Of a stretch of 64,000 bases of DNA, positions 27,501 to 38,890 are shown one piece after another. The notes under the pieces were generated by a model. That model searched no databases, was not told the DNA's origin, and saw nothing but the letters and a program-made list of their open reading frames with translations. Origin of the DNA: Callorhinchus milii (Eukaryota). The stretch covers positions 1 to 64,000 of the forward strand of contig NW_024704783.1 of NCBI RefSeq assembly GCF_018977255.1, read 5' to 3'. Each line of letters begins with the position of its first letter. Position 1 is the first letter of the stretch. The position numbers and the translations under genes were made by a program.

Positions 27501-29290
27501 GAGACCTTGACACGGGCAGTTTCTGTGCTATGGGCAACACGGAAACCTGACTGAAGGGGTTCGACAAGTGAATGGATGGAAAGGAAAGAGCGCATTTGGG
27601 AGGCGACAACTCTTTCCAGGACCTTGGAGAGAAAGGGGAGGTTGAAGATGGGCCGGTACAACAACAACAACAACAAGATTCCATTTATAAAGCGCCGTTC
27701 ACGTCAGGAGGACGTCCCAAGGCGCTGCACAGTTGGGTCATGACCCGAGCAGGGGGGAAATGGTCAGGGTGAGGAAAGGGAGGGAGCAAGGAGGGGGGAA
27801 ATGGTCAGGGTGAGGGGAGGGAAGGGAGGGAGCGAGGAGGGGGAAGAGAGTCGAGAGGGGAGCTGAAGGCACGGTCAAAGAGAAAGGTTTTGAGACCGGC
27901 CTTGAAGGAGGAAAGGGAGGAAGCAAGGCAAAGGCACTGGGGGATGGAGTTCCAGAGCCTGGGGGCTGAGAGTCTGAAGCTTGATAGCTGCGACGCATCA
28001 AGGGAGGGTTTTTTCAGGGTGGGCGTAATGGTGGCAGTTTTTAAGGGAATGGGGACACAGCCAGAGGAGAGGGACAGGTTGATGATGTCGGTGATATGTG
28101 GGGCAAGAAAGTGGAGCTGGGAGATAAGGAGTGGAGTGCGGATGGGGTCAAGTGAGCAGGTTGTTGGATTTAGGGATAGGATGAGTTTAGTGACAGAGGT
28201 TGGGGAACCTGGTACAAAAGTGAGTAGGAGAGGATGGGTAGCATTCGGAGTGTAGGAGTGAGGGGGTGGGGGGTTGGTGGATGTTGGAGGGGAAGTGACC
28301 GCGGAGCGAATTCCCTTGATCTTGGATTCAAGGAAATCCAGCATCTCCTCGCAGTGAAGGTTGGAGGAGTTGACCTGCGCGGGATGGCGGGGGATGGGGG
28401 GGTGGAGGAGTCGGGTTGTGGTGTAAAACAGTAGCCTGGGGTTGTTATTCGCCTCCAGGATTATCTTGGAGTAGAAGGACGACTTGGCCGAGGCTAGAGT
28501 GGAGCGGTAAATTTTGAGGAGGTCCAGCCAGATTTGTCGGTGGACCTTTAGGCCAGATTTGACACAGGTGCGTTCAGCAGCCCGCACCTGGCTTTTCAGT
28601 GAGCGGAGGTGGTTGGTGTACCAGGGGGAGGAGCGGGAGTAGGAGACAGTGCTGGAAGTGATGGGGCAACTGTATCGAGTCTGGAGGAGAGGGTATTGTG
28701 GAGGAGGGCGAGAGGAGAAGAGGGGTCGGTGAGGGTTGAACGCCAGAGGGAGAGGAGTTCAGAGGACTCCAAGGCATCGGGTAGGGATTGTGGGGGTAGC
28801 TTCTTCCAAGGGCGGTAGAAGATGGTGGTGGGTCTGGTGGAGGTGGGGAGGGGTGTGGAGGTGGTGAAGGAGATGAAGTAGTCGTCAGAGATGGCCTTGT
28901 CGGTAATAGTGACATCCGAGACACTGAGACCCCGGGTTATCACCAAATCGAGTGGGTGGCCGTGACTGTGAGTGGGGGAGTTTATGTGTAAGGAGAGGTT
29001 GAGTGATGAGAGCAGGGAAGAGAAGTCTGTGGAGATGGAGCAGGAGGGGGAGAAGTGTAGGTTAAAGTCGACCAGGATGATGAGGCGATCAGAGCAGATG
29101 CAAAGAGATGTGAGGAGTGTTGAAATGTCGGAGATGAAGGTGGGAGAGGTTTTAGGGGGCCTGTAGAAGAGGAGGATTTTAAGGGAGAAGAATGAGGGGT
29201 GGGAGAGGTTGAGGTGCTCAAAGGAGGGAAAGAGCCAGTGGAGTAAGGTGACAGGTCAAGTGATGTCCTTGAGATGTACGCAGCCATGTC
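24568..29290 (-). mobile_element. Rearranged L2 LINE: 5' half with internal RT deletion, followed by two head-to-tail RT+3' units (period 1521 bp)
   Basis: ORFs 25508..26155 and 27029..27676 are identical proteins offset by 1521 nt. Three (CAA)n tails occur at 24568, 26138 and 27659. APE remnants lie at 28.6-29.3 kb. Confidence 0.9.
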
Positions 29291-30090
29291 CTCACCACGT
29301 CCTCATATTACCATCTGAATTGAGCACTGCGAGCTCCTCCAACAATCGTGCCTCGTCTACTCCTATCTCCCAGAATGTTTTATGAGCCCAGACACCTGAT
29401 TGTTGAGCGCCTTGGGACGCCCTACTGATGTCCTTCAAAATGCATTTTGTGATCGCAAATTGTTTTTAAACCAGAACTTGCCCCTCCACATACCTCTTTC
29501 ACGGTCCAGATCAATGAGTTCCTCAATGACCACACTCTTGTTTATCTTACCCTGCTCCACACCCTTGGTAAGCATCAAAGTCTCGGGTATCAATATTCTC
29601 TGTAATAGTTTGTGAAATCAATCAATCTTTAAATTTTAAAAAGTCACATGTATTACCGCGCGTGAACAGCGCCTTATAGATGCAAGTTATGGATGCAAAG
29701 GTCCAACAAATCCTGATTGTGCAGCTCCCTGGGACATTGTTTGGCCGTGAATGGCACTAGGCAAATGGAATTTGTTGTTGCTATATTTGTCCGTCTTGTA
29801 ATTAATGTAAATTATTTCGAGTAATGTGCTTCATCTTTTCTGCAAATATTTTATACTAAGTTTTTTGTTTAAGGTTTTTTTATGTATTTGTATTTCTATT
29901 CACAATAACCAATTTAGAACGGGTACAACTTATGTAACTCTCAAGTGAATACGCTATCTTGTTTGTTCACTCGTCTGGAACTAATAGTATTCGTTATGCA
30001 AGATGTAGATTCACGCTCCCTATAAGTACAAATTGATTTCAATATGATCAATGAAGCCTCTGCCTTCAGCAAAAATGTATTAAACTGATC

Positions 30091-33000
30091 ATGGAACGAG
30101 CAACGCTGTATGCAATAGAAGCTATTTACTACCCCACACTTGTAGTAGTTGGAATTCCTGGTAGGTCTATTTGGGCGCATTTACTAGCAATATTCAACAG
30201 GTTACTGCATTCGGTGGCGGAAGACATTTTCTACAGTGACATATCAGGTTATTGAAGTTGATAGAGAAAAAAGGTGAAGCATATATATTGACTGTCACTT
30301 TACGATAATGTACAGAAGAGTGCCTTTGCACAAGTACATGAAAGTTGCGTCAGAAACGGAAAGGGCTGCGATGAAAGATTTAGGTCGATTGCGCATCAAG
30401 GAGACAGTTGACTGAGCATTCGTGGTGTTTCAACCAGTTGGGCTGTTTGGAGAGGAGTTGATTATTTCTGCGTTTCGCTAACATGTTACATTGAGCCATA
30501 TATTGGAAGCTTTATGGCAAATGCCACATATTCAAGTAACAACTTGGATTTATATAGCGCCCTCCACGCCGGACGGCGATTCAGAGTCATTCACAGTAAC
30601 GGATCCCGGGGAGGAGCCAGAGGGATGGAAAGGAAGATGACCAAAGGCGCGGTCGAAAAGAAAGGTCTTCAGCAGAGACCCGAAATAGGAAGAGAGTGAG
30701 CAGGCGAAATGAGTGAGGAAGGCAGTTCCAGTGCCTCGGGGCATAGTAGCTGGAGGATCGGCCGCCGAGGGTGAAACGGAGGACTCGGGGTACAAGGAGG
30801 AGGTCAGACACGGTGAAATGAAGGAAGCGGGTACTTTTTTGAAGAGAGAGACGGTCAGAGAGGTCGGAGGGTTTCAGAGCTTGAAATCGATCCTCTCTGG
30901 GTTAGGCAGAAAGTGCAGTCTGGGAGGACTGGGATGATCGGGGAGCGGAGTTTGGTGCGGGTGAGAATGCGGGCGGCAGACGTTTGTGTAATCTGGATTT
31001 TAAAGATATTTGGGGGTGGAGGGGTGGGGTGGGGGTGGTTGGGAGGCCGGCGAGGAGGGCATTTGAATAGTCCAGCCGAGAGGTGACAATGGCATGGACG
31101 AGAGTTTCAGCAGCTTTCGGAGCGAGCTGTTGGCGGAGACGGGCGATGCGTCGGTAGTGGAAGAAAGCGATGCTGGTGAGGGACCGCATGTGTGGGAGAC
31201 AGGATATTTGGGGGTCGAACCTGACGCCAAGGTTCAGAGAGTTTTAGGGGAAGTCAGACGATGACGAGAGCCAAACACGTTGGCTTCCGTCTTGTCAAAA
31301 CAATTCTTGCAAAACGGATATTTCAAATCTCTTTGCTGATATCGGTGATTTCTGGCCTTCTACCTCTCTATTATATATGTAGAAGAGTTGCATGTCATAC
31401 TGCATGTCATATTAACAATACTGGACAATAATATATAACTCTCCGTGCGTTCAGTCATACTATTCAATGATTAGTTGAGCTTACAACAAGAATAATAGTA
31501 ATGCTTGCTTTTGAGAATGAGCCTTATTGCGTTTTCTAGACGTTTCAAAGCGCTTCACAGAATATACTTCAAACTGAATTGACGATATATTCGTGAGGGA
31601 AACGCGACAGCCATTGGCGCACAACAGTATCCAAAAAACAGTCTTGGATTGAAGTGAGAAATTTACTATGTTTTTTCCATAAGGGTTTATTATCAGGCGT
31701 GTGGGGTAAGAAACCATGCCCAAGATTTCACTCTGCCGGGACAACGGATGGCCAATAATCACACAAACTTATCGAAATGTTATTTGACTTTTCTTGCTTT
31801 ACATGTTTCATCTAATATTTAAAATGCTGTCTAAATCAATGAATTGTAAAAGAAACTCCTTTCACTTTGAGTATTGCGCCACTTGCTGTCGATTAGTAGA
31901 GGTACTGTGCACTTGACAGATGTGATCAAACCTTGCTGAATATAGCATGATTCTGCGCTTTTCGTGGTGATAAGCAATCAGAAGAGGTAAGTAAAGTTAT
32001 GCCCAAATTTGCTATCCCCAAATGCTTTGGTGATTCGATACCGCTAAGCGAATTACCAAAGGTGAAGATATTCGTCATACGTGAATGACACGTGCAAATA
32101 TTATGTGATATTTACTGAGTTCGAAAGTAATTGAAGTAACTGTTGCAAAAACACTTCCCAACATTTATATTTCTAATCACACGATTTTATGCAAATTAAC
32201 AGTTTCCCTTTTCAATAATCAACAAATATTTTTAGGATGACATTTTACGCTTGATATGATTCGATCTAAATTGCACCTACTGTATTTTGTGTGAAAACAT
32301 GCGTGACACAATTCAAAGGCAACTCAGTGGAATGTATTACAGCTTTACACTTAGAAAAAAAATTGTATTAATCTAAATGGTGCTTTCTTTTGCTATTGCT
32401 TCACGCAGTAAATTTTCTAGCGATTGTGATCCTATCAAGAGGAAAGTGCGGTCTCTCCAAGAACATCACTCGCTACATGATAGCCATGGCATTGGCGGAT
32501 CTCCTCGTTATCATTGTAGATGTGTTGTTGAACAAAATTAAAAATCTGTATTTCCCATTAAATTTCTTATTCTATACCCCAGTGTGTAGCTTAACTCTTG
32601 TGCTGATATCTACAGCAGTCCACTGCTCTGTGTGGTTCACTGTTGCCTTCACTTTCGACAGATTTGTAGCCATTTGTTGTCAAATGTTGAAAACGAAATA
32701 CTGCACAGAGAGAACGGCCATAGTGGTTATTGTAACTCTGTCTGTTTTCAGCTGTTCAGTGAGCATTCCCTGGTACTTTACATTTGATCCTTATGTTAAA
32801 ATTAACGATAACCCGTGGTACTGTGTCTTCAAATCAAACTATTATACTTTGGCAGCCTGGAAAGCGTTTGAAAGGCTTCACCGTGTTATTCGTTCCGTCT
32901 TTGGTTTGGCACTGATTTGTCTGTTCAATGCTCTGATTATCAGACACATTCTGATGGCCAGTAATGTTCGCAAAACCCTTCGGTTTCAGAGAATTCCTGG

Positions 33001-33334
33001 GAAAACAATTGATCCAGAGTTGGAAAATCGCAGAAAATCCATCGTTTTACTCTTCGCCGTATCAGGCAGTGTTATACTGTTACGCATAACAAATGTTATA
33101 TTTTCTATGAAATGGCAACTTTCCAATTATACCGTTAGCGAAACTTTTGCCACCAACATGCGGTATATCGTCGAGGAAACCGGAATCATGCTTGCAAGTT
33201 TGAGTTGCTTTACCAACTCTTGTATTTATGCATTGACTCAGAATAAATTCAGAGAGGAACTGAAGAAAGGTTTAGATTATCCATTTAATGTCATTGCTAA
33301 ATTAATGGGGAAAAACATCATAAAAACAAGGTAA
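30091..33334 (+). CDS. GPR139/142-like orphan class A GPCR, join(30091..30160,32409..33334), 331 aa
   Basis: Exon 1 is 70 nt, MERATLYAIEAIYYPTLVVVGIP, with donor G|gtaggt. Exon 2 starts after cttcacgcag with (V)NFLAIVILSRGKCGLS. Contains TFDRF and NSCIY. Joined length 996 nt, in frame. Confidence 0.92.
30537..31260 (-). mobile_element. L2-type LINE RT C-terminus and 3' end (diverged subfamily), in GPCR intron
   Basis: Translates AFFHYRRIARLR..L.PKAAETLVHAIVTSRLDYSNALLAGLP; tail gagggcgctatataaatccaagttgttac. Confidence 0.8.
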
Positions 33335-33411
33335 GAAAGAAATTGGTTTCACCCGACAACATACCGAAACGCTCAACAACCATGCAAGCCTAACATCATT
33401 ATGAGCACTTA

Positions 33412-33470
33412 TCAATTATGCACTGTATTCTTTCCAATAGAATAACTATCCGTTATATGCAGTACTTTAT
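33412..33470 (-). other. Truncated fifth C-exon copy with intact acceptor; reads 19 codons to TGA (DKVLHITDSYSIGKNTVHN*)
   Basis: Acceptor gtattgcag|ataaagtactgcat matches the start of the exon at 34588. Homology ends after ~15 nt and unrelated sequence supplies the stop at 33412-33414. Confidence 0.5.
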
Positions 33471-34258
33471 CTGCAATACATTAAACGATAGGTGATATTT
33501 TGCTTCATGGAAATATATATTGTTGTGCGAAATTGATGCTAAGATTAAAACACATTGATCTCAGCCGAAATCTTGACACTTCTCACTCATTAAAAAGCTC
33601 AATCTTCCCAGTCCAGATAATCTTACCTTTCTTCGCTTTAGAAACAAAAAATTGTATAGTCTACTCAATCATTGCTTCTGATATATTGAAAAAAAACAAA
33701 GTTTCGGCAATGAGGGTAATACCATGAGCTTATGACAGATTTTCTACGATGGGCGTGTTCAAATAACCTGGTGAAGAAAAGTGACAGGCCCAAGCCTAGA
33801 ATGTTGAGTGATCTACACGAAATAACAAAAATTATAATTATCATTGCGTTTCATAAAGCACTCATCACGTTTTCGAGACGTCTCAAAGCGCTTCACAGAA
33901 AACATTATTACGCTAACTGACAGTATTGTGTGTGTGAAACGAGTCAGCCAATGGCTCCTATCATTGTCCCACCAACAGTTCTGGATTGAAGTGAACATTT
34001 TTTATTTGAGAGATTATTACCCCGGAATAGTAATAAGCCAACTGATTGTCAACGAGGTCCCTACAAAACGCTGGATATAGAGTGGCGCGTGGAGCCACAA
34101 ACAGCCCAATTCTTGCCCCGGCTGGGAACCGAACCCAGGTATCTCGCTTGTAAAGCGAGAGCACTAACCACTGAGCTACAGGCTTCCATGTGCAAATTTC
34201 AAAAGGAAATGAGAGCGACGTTCCTGCCATGTGTGTTAGCTGCTGCTGTGCCTCCTAC

Positions 34259-34588
34259 CTGATGGCGTAGTGATGTTCTTGACAATGTTGGTGTGGGTGG
34301 GTTCATGGGACACCTGACAGGTGTAAACCGCGCCGTTGCTCCATTCTCTGGTGGGCACAGTCAGGCGGCTGTTGGCACTAAATGTCCCGTTGTCTTCTTT
34401 AACCGAGGGAGAGGTTACAACACCTGAGCTGATGGGCTGCCAATTCTTCAGCCACTTAACACTGAGTTTGTCCGGATGGAAACCAGATATTAAGCAGACA
34501 GCAGTGGCCATGTTGTGCATTTTGATGTCTGCAGGGGAAGTCTGCGTGAGCATAACAACTGGGGGCGACGGTTTATGCAGTACTTTAT
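34259..34588 (-). CDS. Ig constant (C1-set) exon, Cmu2-like, intact (copy 4)
   Basis: Acceptor tactgcag|AT and donor TCAG|gtagga; 330 nt, phase 1-1. DKVLHKPSPPVVMLTQ...AVCLISGFHPDKLSVKWLKN...NGTFSANSRLTVPTREWSNGAVYTCQVSHEP...NITTPS resembles shark IgM CH2. Confidence 0.88.
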
Positions 34589-35377
34589 CTGCAGTACATT
34601 AAACGATAGGTGATATTTTGCTTCTGGGAAATATATATTGTTGTGCGAAATTGATACTAACATTAGAACACATTGATCTCAGCCGAAATCTTGACACTTC
34701 TCACACATTGACACGCTCAATCTTCCCAGTCCAGATAATCTTATCTTTCTTTGCTTTAGAAACAAAAAAATATACAGTCTACTCAATCATTGCTTCTGAT
34801 GCATTGAACAAAAACAAAGTTTCGGCCATGAGGGTAATACCATGAGCTTATTACGGATTTTCTACGATGGGTGTGTTCAAATAACCTGGTGAAGAAAAGT
34901 GACAGGCCCTGGCCTACAATGTTGAGTGATCTACCCTTAATAACAATAATTATAATTATCACTGCGTTTCATACAGCACCTCATCACGTTTAAGAGACGT
35001 ATCAAAGCGCATCACAGAGAATATTGTTACGCTAAATGACGCTATTGTGTGCGTGAAACGAAGCAGCCAATGGCGCCCATCATTGTCCAAAAACCAGTTG
35101 TGGATTGAAGTGACCATTTTTTATTTGAGGGATTATTACCTCCGGAATAGTGATAGGCCAATTGACTGAACTGGGTCCCCATATAATGGTGGATAAACAG
35201 TCGCGCGTGGAGTCACAAAAAGTGCCCAATTCTTGCCCCGGCTGGGAACCGAACCCAGGTCTCTCGCTTATAAGGCGAGAGCACTAACCACTGAGCGACA
35301 GGCCTCCATGTGCAAGTTTCAAAGGCAAATGAGAGCCGAGTACCGGCAATGTGTATTAGCTGCTGCTGTGCTCCTAC

Positions 35378-35707
35378 CTGATGGCGTGGTGATGTTCTTG
35401 ACAATGATGGTGTGGGTGGGTTCATGGGACACCTGACATGTGTAAATCGCGCCATTGCTCCATTCTCTGGTGGCTACAGTCAGGCGGCTGTTGGCACTGA
35501 ATGTCCCGTTGTCTTCTTTAACCGAGGGAGCGGTCACAACACCTGAGGTGATGGGCTGCCAATCCTTCAGCCATTTAACACTGAGTTTGTCCGGATGGAA
35601 ACCCGATATTAAGCAGAGAGCAGTTGCCAAGTTGTGCATTTTGGTGTCTTCAGGGGAAGTCTGCGTGAGGATAACAACTGGGGACAACGGTTTTGGTTGC
35701 ACATTAT
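35378..35707 (-). CDS. Ig constant (C1-set) exon, Cmu2-like, intact (copy 3)
   Basis: Acceptor attacag|AT and donor TCAG|gtagga; 330 nt, open frame. Canonical C-W-C, two N-glycosylation sequons (NGT, NIT), no extra Cys. Confidence 0.88.
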
Positions 35708-36524
35708 CTGTAATACATTGAATGATTGGTTATGTTTGTTCCATGGAAATATATATATTGCTGTGTGAAGTTTATAATAATATTGAAACAGACAGAGATC
35801 TCAGCCATAATGTGGAGGATTCTCACTCATTCGCTCTTTCAATCTTCCCAGTGCATATAATCTTATCTTTCTTCCTTTTAGAAAGATAAACAAAATATTA
35901 TCTGCACAACCTTTGCTTATGATATATTGCTCTAAAACAGGGAAATGATCATCAGACCATAGAAGATTTAATGTGCTGAGAGTGTTCATATAATCTAGAG
36001 AAGAAAATTGATATGTCCATGCGTACAATGTTGAGTGTCCTAAACTTAATATCATAACATATGCTATACCAATATAAACCTGTTGTTTTGGTGATAATAT
36101 TTATAATTATAACTGCATTGGATACAGCGCTTCACTACGCCTTCGAGACGTCTGAAAGCGCTTCACAGAAAATATTGTGATGTTAAATTTCTACATTGTA
36201 TGGCTGAAACAAGGCAGCCATAGAGGACGATCAGTGTCCCACAAACAGTCGTGAAATAAAGTGACCATTTTTATTTGAGGAAATATGACCCCCGGAATAG
36301 TGACACGCCATTTAAATGAGAACTGGGTCCCTATTTACTACTGGATAAACAGTGGCGTGTGGAGTCACAAAAAGAGCCAACATCTTGCCCCAGATGGGAA
36401 TCGAATCCAGATCTCCCGTTTCTAAGGCGAGAGCTCTAACCACTGAGCTACATGCCTCCATGTGTAAATTGCAAAGGGAATTGAGAGCCAAATTCCTGCC
36501 ATGTGTTTCAGCTCTGCCTCCTAC

Positions 36525-36851
36525 CTGATGGCGTAGTGATGTTCTTGACAATGATGGTGTGCGTGGATTCATGGGACACCTGACAGGTGCAAACCGCGCC
36601 AATGCTCCACTCTATGGCGGGGACATTCAGGCGGCTGTTTGCGCGGAATGTCCCCTTCTCTTTAACTGAGGGAGATGTCACAACACCTGACCTGATGGGC
36701 TGCCAATCCTTCAGCCATTTAAGACTTAGTTTGTCCGGATGGAAACCGGATATAAAACAAACTGCAATGGCCAAGTTGTGCATTTTTATGTCTTCAGGGG
36801 AAGTCTGTGTTAGGATGACAACTTAGGGCGATAGCTTCCGTGACACATTTT
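36525..36851 (-). pseudogene. Cmu2-like exon with in-frame TAA at codon 10 (copy 2)
   Basis: Splice sites present (gtattgtag|AA ... TCAG|gtagga); 327 nt. Reads ENVSRKLSP*VVILTQ, where the paralogues have CCA at the stop position. Confidence 0.85.
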
Positions 36852-37581
36852 CTACAATACACTAAATGATTGGATATGTTTTGTTCCATGGAATATATAT
36901 ATATTGTTGGATGAAATGTATATTAATATTGAAACAGATCTTAGCCATAATGTGGGCACTTCCACTCATTCACTCTTTCAGTCTTCCCAGTGAAGATAGT
37001 CGTATCTATCTTCCCTTTAGAAAGATACACAAAATATAATCTGGACAACCATTGCTTATGATATATTGCCCTAGAACATTCTTGGGAAATAAGTGTCAGA
37101 CGATGGAAGATTTTCCGTGATTTGAGTGTTCAAACAACCTGGAGAAGAAAAGTGACATGCCCACGCCTACAATGATGAGTGTTCTACAGTTAATAACAAA
37201 ACACATGCTGTACCAATATATTCCTGTTGTATGGTAACAATACTTATAATTATCATTGAGTTTCATACTGCGCCTCACTACATCTTCGAGACGTCTCAAA
37301 GTGCTTCACAGAAAATACGTTGTGTTAACTGATTATATTGTGTGGGTGAAACGAGGCAGTCAATGGCGCCCTTCAGTGACCCACAAACATTCGTGAATTG
37401 CAGTGCCCATTTTTTATTTGAGGAATTAATACCCCTGATTAATGATACACCAGTTGACTGACAACTTGGTCCCTACTTACTGCTGGATCAGCAGTGGCGC
37501 GTGGAGTCACAAAAAGCGCCCAACGGTTGGTATTCAATGTCCGTTATTCTCTTCAAACAATGTTGTGGGTACAACGTCTGA

Positions 37582-37659
37582 TTTTGTGTATTTTGAAGTC
37601 TTCAGGGTAAGTCTGTGTGAGAAACGCAACTACGGGCAATGGTTTCGAATGTACATTAT
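37582..37659 (-). pseudogene. Truncated Cmu2-like exon remnant (copy 1)
   Basis: Reads DNVHSKPLPVVAFLTQTYPEDFKIHK, then loses homology. The acceptor is mutated (tttccg). Confidence 0.7.
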
Positions 37660-38664
37660 CGGAAATACATTAAATAATAAGACAGTATTACATTGGTATT
37701 GTTATTAAAACAGACATTTATCTCAGCAATGATGTTGACACTTCCCTCTCATTAACTTATCTCTTTCAACCTTCCCAGTTCAACGGTATATTAACAAACA
37801 TAACCATTGCAATCTCCTGATTCGGTTTATCTGATACATTGCATTGTACTCTGAAGTGAGCTTGAAGATGCGAACTCTTCTAATTCTCCTTCCCTGTTGC
37901 CTATCATGGAGAATTCATAGGTCTTCCCCCTTCCAACAGAACCGCGTCAATTGATTTCTATCCCTGTCGTGTATGCTCTTTATCTCCGGGTAAAGCAGCA
38001 CTCGGGAAATTATGGGAATATAATCAGGCCATTGCAGATTATGTGTGTGTGTATATATATATGTGTATATCTGTATGTATGTATGTGTGTGTATATGCAT
38101 GCTTGCATGCGTTTGGCTGTCCGTATGCTTTGGGACGTTAAACTGAGGCCCACTCTGCCTTGAGTTGGACGCTGAAGATTCCATGGCCACTTCGAAAATA
38201 AATGGTAGTTTATCTCTGCTTTCTGAATGTCTCCATCTGTTTCTCTGTTTCCCGTGTCCTGGTCAACAATCCCCCAAATAACGTTGGCAAACTCCCTACG
38301 CATGATTGTGGGACTTGGTTTTGCGAAAGTGTTTTTTTTCCCCAACAAAATACAGTCAATCCACGTTGCATTACATCCTGTGAAGTGCTTTGAGCAATCT
38401 CAACATCGTGAGGCACTGTACATAATGCAATAGTTCATGTTTTATTGATGTGTGAATGACTGTATTCGTGTCTGTGCCAGCAAAGCAAGCTAGCTGGAGA
38501 TTGTGCTGAGACAAAAAGTTTTCACAGATAGCATTTAAGGAGAAAAGTTCTCTTCATATATTTGTAATCTTTGTCATCGGTTGTATTGATAGAGCTACAT
38601 TACCCACTTCGAGAGGGCGATGAGGATTGGGGGTGATGGGTAGAAGTAGCTGAATTGGATTCAA

Positions 38665-38667
<3 letters not shown>

Positions 38668-38698
<31 letters not shown>

Positions 38699-38890
38699 CA
38701 TTGCATTTGATAAAGCGCTTTTCACATCGGGAGAACGTCCCAAAGCGCTTCACAGAACACACTCTAAAGTGTATTCACTTTGTATTTGTGGGCGAACGCG
38801 GCTGCCAATTGCGCAAAGCAAAGTCCGTCAAACAATCGTAGATTGAAAATGACCAATTTATTATTGATTTTTGGTTTTGGAGGGAATATT
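38668..38890 (-). mobile_element. 5'-truncated Deu SINE with (TTA)n tail in the J-C intron
   Basis: Deu core aattggcagccgcgttcgccc and L2-type tail. Confidence 0.75.

Larger units (their letters stand above)
33455..37760 (-). repeat. Tandem array of five ~1.1-kb units (intron + Ig C exon + SINE)
   Basis: Exon starts at 37659, 36851, 35707, 34588 and 33470 (spacings 808, 1144, 1119, 1118). Minus-strand SINEs at ~37240-37530, 36095-36460, 34945-35309 and 33820-34189. Confidence 0.9.

Noticed and set aside
33455-37760. CRISPR-like or prokaryotic repeat system
   Set aside because: The window is eukaryotic (spliceosomal introns, LINEs/SINEs). The repeats are kb-scale duplications without unique spacers.
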